Positions 28,008-36,000 of a stretch of DNA of 41,174 nucleotides are shown here, piece by piece; the stretch's first letter is position 1, and the number at the start of each line of letters is the position of its first letter. The stretch lies in NCBI GenBank assembly GCA_031411295.1, contig JANOAV010000198.1, positions 1 to 41,174 on the forward strand, written 5' to 3'. The DNA is from Verrucomicrobiales bacterium. GTDB lineage: Bacteria; Verrucomicrobiota; Verrucomicrobiia; Verrucomicrobiales; V1-33. Both the position numbers and the translations under genes were made by a program. The notes under the pieces were generated by a model. That model had not been told where the DNA came from, ran no database searches, and saw nothing but the letters and a program-made list of their open reading frames with translations.

Positions 28008-29501
28008 TTAGGTGTCTGATGGCATCGACACGCTGAAATAGGCCCGTCCTTGATCTGCGTAACCTTGGTATTTTGCGCAACTACAATCAGGCTGTGATGC
28101 TCTTTCATCCTCGACAACGCCTAGAAATGGGGAACCGAAGTCAAACTGCATTCGATTGTGCGGCATCTTGGCACAACCCGTCAGCCAATGTTGGGCATAG
28201 CCAGCACCGAGGGCAGCAACGGCTGTAGTCATGTAGCCCACGGTCAACTCTAGCGGCTTGGAACCAATCCAGTAGGGAGCACCGTCCATGCCCACGGCTT
28301 GAGCCTCACGGGCTGCCTGTGCAGATTTTTCCCGTTCATTCGGGGTGGCTAATTCAGCTCGGATGCCTTTGGCGGACACGCGATTTCGGCACCACGGACA
28401 CGGCAACCCGGCTAGGTAGCGTGCTATTTCTCCTACTTGAGAAATCAGGCTTTCGTCCTTGGCCGCCATTTGCACCGCTAGGTCTAGCACAGGCAAGAGA
28501 TAGTGGGTCGCAAGATCTCCAAGGGCTGCCCGCGCATATTCCGAATCCGTGCAACCTAGCACGATATCGCAACGACTCAGTTCGTCCACCACCTCGTCTG
28601 CTAGCACATCCGTTTGAAATGTGATTACTTCTGTGGACGGTCGTATTTCGTGCATCATCCTTTTCAAAAGCTCCACCTTTGATTTTGGGGCAGCATACAG
28701 ATCGTCGGACCTGCTGGCGTGATTGCGCTCTAAATTCGAGGCTTTGAAATATCCTGGATCTACTAGAACGAAACTACCCACTCCGGCTCGACAGAGCACA
28801 TGGGCGACTGGCGTTCCGAGACCACTACAGCCGACGATACCTACTTTCGCATTGGCCAAGCGTTGACTCGCAGAACGCCCTATCAATTGGCTTAATCGTT
28901 CTGTTGTGCTTGCATCGGCCGAGAGCGGCGGGCGTCGTCGGAAATCGTATTCACGTCTCAACTCCTCGGTGCCAGCAGTCATCCATTGTTCCGCAGCCAA
29001 CCATTTGCCGCTATGGAAAATGCGCCCAGAGAAACTACGCTGCCCGCTTTGCTTGCGGGACAGAATCAAGCTGACATAGGGTCGGCCATTACTATATTTT
29101 TCGAATTCCCTCGCAAAATAGGAGTCCATGTCATCGTCAGACCTGCTAGGACCGGGTTGGCAATCTTCTGGATGGGAGTGGATGAATCCAATGCCAAGCG
29201 AATGGTTCTCAAAATCATCCAAAGCTCTTCCAATATAACTGGGAGCGAATTCCACTAATGCACTTTGTTCATCGAAGTCACCTCGCTGAGGCGGAATTAG
29301 ATCAATCAAACATACCATCAAGCCCCAACGAGTGGGTCGATAACCAAAGCGAAAGAAGGTGCCCCACTCTGCATCGGGATAACGACGGAATAACAGCCGT
29401 TCAAGCTGTTGGCGAAACACCGCAGTGCTGCGGACGAGGCCGTAACCTGCGTCCGCAGCTAAGCCGATGCGCGAGGTTAAACAGTGGCTTGCTGAATCCA
29501 C
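28008..29501 (-). CDS. JAB/JAMM peptidase fused to ThiF/E1-like adenylyltransferase
   Basis: GTG start at 29501 preceded by GGAGG. JAMM-like E...FIHSHPEDCQPGPSRSD; ThiF motifs VGIVGCSGLG, VDP...SNLERN, GCTD; Zn-site motifs CPWC and CSC. Confidence 0.88.
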   Translation of the reverse strand: MDSASHCLTSRIGLAADAGYGLVRSTAVFRQQLERLLFRRYPDAEWGTFFRFGYRPTRWGLMVCLIDLIPPQRGDFDEQSALVEFAPSYIGRALDDFENHSLGIGFIHSHPEDCQPGPSRSDDDMDSYFAREFEKYSNGRPYVSLILSRKQSGQRSFSGRIFHSGKWLAAEQWMTAGTEELRREYDFRRRPPLSADASTTERLSQLIGRSASQRLANAKVGIVGCSGLGTPVAHVLCRAGVGSFVLVDPGYFKASNLERNHASRSDDLYAAPKSKVELLKRMMHEIRPSTEVITFQTDVLADEVVDELSRCDIVLGCTDSEYARAALGDLATHYLLPVLDLAVQMAAKDESLISQVGEIARYLAGLPCPWCRNRVSAKGIRAELATPNEREKSAQAAREAQAVGMDGAPYWIGSKPLELTVGYMTTAVAALGAGYAQHWLTGCAKMPHNRMQFDFGSPFLGVVEDERASQPDCSCAKYQGYADQGRAYFSVSMPSDT

Positions 29502-30610
29502 GAGAGCACCTCCGAGTAATAGCTGTGAACGCCATGGCGGCTGGGGTTCCATACCGGGCCACCGCCCCCGTTGTGCGGATGGTAACTGACAAGCTCCCAC
29601 ATCCGACCCTCCACAGTCAGCGAGCCCTGACTTCGTTGCCCAGCTACTTTTCCTAGCAGTGGTGAGTTAGCAGGTAAATAGGCGCCATCCAGCATGACAC
29701 CTGGAAACGCCGTGGGGATAACAACTAACACGTCCGTTTCAGCAAGATGCGGATAAGCAGGTCGAGTCGGCACCTTGCGGTAGATCGCCAGCGGCTGGGG
29801 CGAAGTTAGGAAATCAACCGTAGCTCCATTAGCCCTTAGAATGCCTAGCTCTCGGTCGATTCGGCTTTGTTCAAACCCACCTATCACGTTGCATCGGATC
29901 ACGCTAAACTCCTCGCAGCCGTGGAGGTGAACTTTCTCGTCGAGCGGAATCACCTTATCCTGCGTGCCTCCTTTACGTTTCACCTCACAAGGTTGATCCG
30001 TAATGAGATTGCCGATTTCCCGACCACTCATCTCCGGCTTCACACCATCAGCCGGACCGAACGTCTGTTTATTTACCGTGATGGTGAGACCGACCTCAGC
30101 ACGTCGCGTGTAGAACACAGGCCCATCTTCGAAGCGCAGCGCCATCTCAGGAGAAATGCTGACATCCTGCGGCGATTCGAAATCACGGAACAAACGCACA
30201 GAAATGGTCAACCCGAAAAGCTCGCGCAGCGTTCTTCCCGTCTGTTCCCCGCGCATTGTGAGTTCTGGATGATCATCAATAAACCAAGCCTTTTTGGCTG
30301 GGGCAGCACAACCACCTCGCGGCTGATACTCGCACGCAGGTATGGCCATGAAGACATTCCCCTCCGCCAGATCCACCATGGCGTCATCAGCAATAACTTC
30401 ATCATGCTCCGAGCCGTGGTCACGGATTAGGAGATGTTCTGTGGGAACTCCCGCCTGGTCTTTCAGAACGCTCGCTCTGACCACACGCTGCGGTGCCAGG
30501 ACGTTTTGGTCACTGATTTGAGCCATCCACTTGGACGCGGGTTGGCAGTTAGGCGTAGGTGTCGCCACGGCGGAGCCGGGGCCTGGCTGGTATTGAGGAT
30601 GTTTATCCAT
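29477..30610 (-). CDS. Multi-ubiquitin-like (three beta-grasp repeats ending in IGG) fused to a prokaryotic E2-like domain
   Basis: Three repeats of about 65 aa (TGRTLRELFG/SGREIG..., D..I..D..VDL...F), then NVIGG, then E2-like DVLVVIPTAFP..LDGAY...GRMWELVSYHPH...WNP. Confidence 0.8.
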   Translation of the reverse strand: MDKHPQYQPGPGSAVATPTPNCQPASKWMAQISDQNVLAPQRVVRASVLKDQAGVPTEHLLIRDHGSEHDEVIADDAMVDLAEGNVFMAIPACEYQPRGGCAAPAKKAWFIDDHPELTMRGEQTGRTLRELFGLTISVRLFRDFESPQDVSISPEMALRFEDGPVFYTRRAEVGLTITVNKQTFGPADGVKPEMSGREIGNLITDQPCEVKRKGGTQDKVIPLDEKVHLHGCEEFSVIRCNVIGGFEQSRIDRELGILRANGATVDFLTSPQPLAIYRKVPTRPAYPHLAETDVLVVIPTAFPGVMLDGAYLPANSPLLGKVAGQRSQGSLTVEGRMWELVSYHPHNGGGGPVWNPSRHGVHSYYSEVLSWIQQATV

Positions 30611-30617
30611 AAGCCAT

Positions 30618-30693
30618 ACTATAGCCACGAAATGGCCATTCAGTCAACTAAAATCTCGATTTTTGTGGACAAAATCAACAAATGATCCATACT
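30618..30693. promoter_or_regulatory. Divergent sigma70-like promoters and a candidate operator
   Basis: Minus strand: TTGACT-18-TATAGT (30647-30618), 7 nt before ATG 30610. Plus strand: TGGACA-16-CATACT (30666-30693). Palindrome TTTTGTGGACAAAA at 30661-30674. Confidence 0.5.
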
Positions 30694-30717
30694 GAGTGTG
30701 TAAATCCCCCACTACTT

Positions 30718-30930
30718 ATGGCCGAAAAACGCACAATGACCCTAAATTTGACCGACGCAGAGATGACCGCTCTCGAAGAACTCGCTTTAAAAAAAGACCT
30801 CAATAAAACTGTCGTGATCCGACAGGCCTTGCGGCTTTACCAAATGGTGGACAACCGTCTCCGTGAAGGGAAAAAGGTTTTTATTGAGGACGAAATGACC
30901 AAAGCCAAAGCGGAACTGATGCTTTTGTAG
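30718..30930 (+). CDS. CopG/ribbon-helix-helix transcriptional regulator (possible antitoxin)
   Basis: RTMTLNLTDAEMTALEELALKKDLNKTVVIRQALRLY fits the RHH pattern; 70 aa. Confidence 0.8.
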   Translation: MAEKRTMTLNLTDAEMTALEELALKKDLNKTVVIRQALRLYQMVDNRLREGKKVFIEDEMTKAKAELMLL

Positions 30931-30936
30931 TGCACC

Positions 30937-31551
30937 ATGGAACAGTCGCTCATTTACCTCAGACGCTCTGGAACCACAGAGGATGTAGAAGCCGAGCTGT
31001 GGGACGACATTTCGGACCTACATCTCGACCAATGGAAAAGCACTTGGGTGCCTCTGATGGAGCGTGCGGAAGCCCGCCTTCGAGCCTCCGGCCTCCCCAA
31101 AGCAAGATGGCCTCAAGATTTTCATTGGGAATGGGATAAGAAAACCGATTGGAGCAGAAATTTACTAACTCTCCAAAGGTTCGCCATTACGTGCGGTGGC
31201 GCGCTCCAGGGTTTAATGATGCTAAATTTGACCAAGCTAACGGCAAGGCTTCCTTCGCAAAAGGGCAAGGATCTGGCATATGTCGAATTCCTAGCCACGG
31301 CTCCGTGGAATCGACCGGATATTGCAGGAGTGCAGCAGTTTACCGGAGTCGGCAGAAACATGATGCGAGCCGCTATCGAAGTTAGCCGCAACGAGGGATT
31401 TCACGGGCGAGTCGGCTTGCACGCCCTGAGTCAGGCCGATACTTTTTACAAGGATGCCTGCGGCATGTCCAATCTGGGCTCAGATGCAGATTACTACGGA
31501 CTATCCTATTTTGAAATGACAGCAGCTCAAGCGGACAAATTCTGCCACTAA
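30937..31551 (+). CDS. GNAT-family N-acetyltransferase
   Basis: VEFLATAPWNR, acetyl-CoA loop FTGVGRNMM, and VGLHAL..ADTFY..CGM. Confidence 0.8.
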   Translation: MEQSLIYLRRSGTTEDVEAELWDDISDLHLDQWKSTWVPLMERAEARLRASGLPKARWPQDFHWEWDKKTDWSRNLLTLQRFAITCGGALQGLMMLNLTKLTARLPSQKGKDLAYVEFLATAPWNRPDIAGVQQFTGVGRNMMRAAIEVSRNEGFHGRVGLHALSQADTFYKDACGMSNLGSDADYYGLSYFEMTAAQADKFCH

Positions 31552-31587
31552 CTTGCCTCGTCACCACATTCTCCACCCTACCCACCC

Positions 31588-32079
31588 ATGAAACTCAACA
31601 TCACCAAAGAATGGTTCCGAAAAGGAGTGCACCTCGAAGAGGGGCTCGAGATCGGAGCAGGCTCGCTTCACACGATCACAAAGGACCTCGGTCCAGGACC
31701 CGACCGCCCCTGCAAGATGAATGCAGTCCTCCCAGCCGTCAACTTCGGCCAGACCATCGCCCTCCTCCGGCGCAAGCAACGTTGGACGCTGGATAAATTA
31801 GCCGAAGAAGCTGACAGCACGACGGAGGAACTGCACTCCATTGAGAGCGATCCTAACTACACCCCTGAACTCAGCACTGTATGTAGCATTGCTAAAGTCT
31901 TCAAACTCCCCGCCAAAGCTCTGATCCAGCAGGCAGGCTTAGCCGAGACCGCATCCTCGCGCCTGAGAGAGGACAACGTTCGCTATGCGGCATGTTCCAG
32001 CTTTACGGAGCCCCTGTCCGAGGAAGAAGAAATAGTTCTGCGAGCTGTGCTCCACGTTATCCTTGAAACTACCCCATGA
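31588..32079 (+). CDS. XRE-family HTH transcriptional regulator
   Basis: FGQTIALLRRKQRWTLDKLAEEAD.T.EELHSIE...PELSTVCSIAKVF. Confidence 0.85.
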   Translation: MKLNITKEWFRKGVHLEEGLEIGAGSLHTITKDLGPGPDRPCKMNAVLPAVNFGQTIALLRRKQRWTLDKLAEEADSTTEELHSIESDPNYTPELSTVCSIAKVFKLPAKALIQQAGLAETASSRLREDNVRYAACSSFTEPLSEEEEIVLRAVLHVILETTP

Positions 32080-33008
32080 AGAACCTCATTCTCCAACCCG
32101 ACGTCAGACGTAAGATCGACCTTCGCGTTGATAAAATCTTGCGAGACTTAGGAAACCCCGAGCCACCACTGCGGTTGGAGGATGTGCGAGAGTTGCTCAA
32201 GCTCGATTTAGAATTCTATCAAACGGACAGCGATGGCATCCTCCAACGGACAATCCATAGTCTGATCATGGGAGGAAAACAAGTGTTGGCTCGCCCCGGC
32301 ATTATCCTAGATGTCATCCGCAAGCGCAGCATCAAAGCCTTGCTGGTGCCAGATCGGAAACGAATTCTGATCGACGAAAATCTCCACAAAGCCAAGCATC
32401 GGTGGGCGGAAGCTCACGAAATAACCCACGACATACTGCCGTGGCACGAGCACGCCCTGCATGGTGACAGCGAACTGACAATGAAACAGGCCTGTATTGA
32501 CAAGGTGGAAGCAGAAGCGAATTACGGTAGTGGTCAATTGCTCTTTCTCCGGGATCGATTCGCTACGGAGGTGATGGATTCCCAGCCGACTGTAGCGCTC
32601 GTGACCAGTCTAGCGAAATCGTTCAAGAACACCAACGCCAGCACGTTATGGCGATTAGTCGAGACTGCCGGACGCGAACGTCCGATCCTAGGAGTCATGC
32701 ACTATCACCCCGCACCACGGTTCCATTCAGCGGGGAATGACCCCACCAATCCGTGCCGTCACTTCATCCGATCCGATGCCTTCCTGAGCATGTTCTCAGA
32801 GCTTACGGAAACCGAAATTTTTGGACACATCTCCAAATACATTTTACCAAAGCGTGGAGGGCCGGTGGGCGGAGACATCGTCTTGTTAAGGGATGATAAC
32901 GGGCAACTACATGAGTTTGGTTTTGAGACATTTAACTTCACTCGGGAGTGCCTAACGTTGGCGGTGTATTTGCGGCCGCACTCGATAAAAGTTGCGCTGA
33001 CGGCTTGA
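32076..33008 (+). CDS. ImmA/IrrE (DUF955) zinc metallopeptidase
   Basis: HRWAEAHEITH (HExxH) and EAEANYGSGQLLF; ATGA overlap with the HTH gene. Confidence 0.88.
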   Translation: MKNLILQPDVRRKIDLRVDKILRDLGNPEPPLRLEDVRELLKLDLEFYQTDSDGILQRTIHSLIMGGKQVLARPGIILDVIRKRSIKALLVPDRKRILIDENLHKAKHRWAEAHEITHDILPWHEHALHGDSELTMKQACIDKVEAEANYGSGQLLFLRDRFATEVMDSQPTVALVTSLAKSFKNTNASTLWRLVETAGRERPILGVMHYHPAPRFHSAGNDPTNPCRHFIRSDAFLSMFSELTETEIFGHISKYILPKRGGPVGGDIVLLRDDNGQLHEFGFETFNFTRECLTLAVYLRPHSIKVALTA

Positions 33009-33054
33009 GTGAAACTGACTTACAATCGTGACTAGTTCTTTCGTGGACTTTCCC

Positions 33055-36000
33055 TCACTCCCCAGGCCCGAAGACCGTTTCGTTATGCGGGATATAGACG
33101 AAGTTGAAACCACACTGGGCCGGGGTGGGGGTGCTGTTGGTTAGCGGGAGCCGGACCGGAGTGACGTCGATGCCGCCGGTGGCGGGATAGCTGTAGGTGA
33201 TGAGGCAGGCTGGGTGCAGGTCCCAGGCGGTGGCGAGGAAGGTGCCTTTGCTGAGGTCCGGGCCCATGGTGGGGATGTTGATGTGGTAGCGCAGGGGATT
33301 GGTCAGCTTGATGGCGGTGTAGTTGGCGGAGCCGAGGGTGAAACCTCCGCTGTCCAGGACATGGCCGACGGCGGCGTGGGGCGTGGTCCAGGGGACGAAG
33401 ACGATGTTGTAGGGCGCGGTGCATGCCGGGGTGCCGTCGGCTTTGTAATTGTAGAAGCCCAGGCCGAAGAATTCGTCATCGAGGATTTGTGGTCGGATGC
33501 CAGTGACGAGCGGCTGGGCGTTGGTGCCGGCTCCGCAGGTGATCCAGGATCCCTGGAGATAGGGCGTTTGCGCAAAGGGCAGTTTTTCACCCCCTTTGTA
33601 AACATCACTGAGCACGAGCGGCACCTTGTTCGGATCGGTTTCGAAGTGGCTGCCAAGGCCGTCGTCGTCCAGAACGAAATTTAGAAACGGCGCCACGAAG
33701 AAATAGCTGCTGAAGTCGAAGTTGTTAAAGGTGCCGACGCTGTTGACGACGCGTCCGCCGATCCACCCAGCGCTGAAGGGAAACCATGCGGCACTGGCGT
33801 TGCCCCCGGCATTGTCCGAGTTTGGCGCGGGGCCCGAGGTGGCCAGCCAGTGGCCGTTGGGGAAGCCTGCGGGCGGCGTGCCGGTGGCGGGCGATGGTGC
33901 CTGCGCGACGAAAGTTTTTAGTGGATTGATGGCTGCGCTGGCGATGAGCACGCCAGCCTCCTGACCGAGAGGCGCGCCATTGAGCAGCAGGGCGGTATCG
34001 CCTGTGTTCGCTGGCGTCCCGATCGTCAATCCGGTGCCGGGGGTGGCGCTGACGAGATCGGCGGAGTTAGCCGGACTGGAACTGGAGCGGATGCTGGCAG
34101 CAGTGACTGGAATGAGATCGCCAAGATGGACACGGAAGAACTGCTTGGGCAAACCTCCGGGCACCGGGTGGCTAAGTTGGATGTCTCCGCCTGTGAAAAG
34201 ATCGGGCGAGTCCAGATTCCAGTGCAAGAGATCCGGTGAGCTGAGCACGCGGTAGGTTTGCCCCGCGTAGCCGTCCCAGACGAGAAATTTATTTGCCCCG
34301 GATTTCTTTATGTCCGCTACGAAAGGCGCACCGCCTGCGCGGACGTTCACGTGGAGCGTGTAGGCACCCGTGGTGTTGAGGGTGGAGCCCCGGACGACGA
34401 TGAAATACGTGCCGGGAGTGACGGCATGCACGAGGCGGAAATTTTGGTCACCCAGTTGGTCATCGCCCGTCACGATGATGTGGCCATCTGCGTCGAGCAA
34501 CGAACCAGCCGTGTTAATATTTCCGGTGGTCCAGGCTTCAAGCGTGCCGGATTCGGTGACTTCGATGCGGAAGGCATCGGAATCTCCGTTGACTTCCAAG
34601 ACGCCGCTGATCGCAGCGTTCGATGTGTCTGGCACCAGCGTGCCGCCTTGGATGGCATCGAAATGATCGTCTGGCGCACCATTGACACTGAAGGAAATGG
34701 TGATCATGCGGGGCACGGTGAAGGCGTGGGGATCGGCATCCCGCACCTGGAAGGCAAAGAAATAACTGCCGCCGCCCAGCACCGAGGTATCGAAATGCAG
34801 CGTCTGCGCGAAGGACGCGCCAGAGGCTAGGGTGCCGGAGCGAGCGGTGGCGGTGATCCACCACTGTGGCTCCATTTTCCAATGGAGCGTGCTGCCAGCG
34901 ATGCCGTTGTTTTGGATGTTGAAGGTGGCGTCCGCTACTGTCTGTCCGCGATTAATCGTATAGCTGAAAAACGTCTGGCTGAGCGCAATGGAAGGTGTGG
35001 GGATGACGAAATACGCTCCCGGCTGCGAGGCTGGCGTAGCGGCACCAAGGCCACCGCCTCCGGGCGTGCCAGCGGAAACATCCATGTGCGCGGAGGCGCT
35101 GGCATTTCCAGTGAAGCTGACGTTCGACCCGCGCAGGATGATGGTTCCGCCCGCACCGCCTCCGCCGCCCGCGCCCTCACCACCGTCACCTCCGCGTCCA
35201 CCTTCCCCGCCGTCGCCTCCGCGACCGCCCGATCCCGAGCTGAATCCGCTGATGGTGGTGCCGGGAACACCTGGTTTGCCCACGGGATCGACGACATATT
35301 CCGGATGGCCGGGCATCACGGTCGTCGAGGGCAAACCCGCCTGTAGAGAACCGCCGTCCGCGCCATTGCCGCCACGGGCGCTCAACATGCCGCCAACGAC
35401 GATGTCGCCCAAGGCGGAAATCTCGAAAGCTCCGCCTCCGTCCCCGCCTGCACCGCCCGTCCCGCCTGCGCCACCCGCCCCACCGAATTTCCCCTGTCCG
35501 CCTTTGCCGCCAGCGCCCCCGGCATTGGCCAAAGCTCCCGTGCCGCCACCGCCACCGCCGCCACCCGCTCCACCGGGCGCTCCGGCCGCTCCGCCCGAGC
35601 CGCTGCCACCGGCACCGCCGCCATTTCCACCACGAAGCACGGGCGCGGCCGCGCTGTTGGCCGCATAGGTGCCACCCTGCCCCCGGAAACCGGGCACTCC
35701 GTTGCCATGTCCGGCATGATTGGCGTCCGCTCCTGTTCCGCCGTTACCGCCCGTTATCCCGTCGGCAAACGGTGCTCCGCCGGGGCCCGCCGTGCCACCC
35801 GCGCCCCACTCGGTGGTGTAGAGCACACAGACCGGCGGAAAGCCAAAGACACACACTGCTTCAAACTCGCCACTCGTGCCTCCGGATGCCGCCGTCGCAG
35901 GGTTGTTCCAGCCCTTGGACCCAGCGGCACCGTTCGCCTTGATGAATCCCGGCAAATTCGACTGTAGCGCCGGAACCGCACCGCCATAGCCGTAGGCGAG

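Noticed and set aside
29502..29600. Longer start for the JAB-E1 gene
   Set aside because: It overlaps the E2 coding region extensively. GTG 29501 has a well-placed GGAGG.
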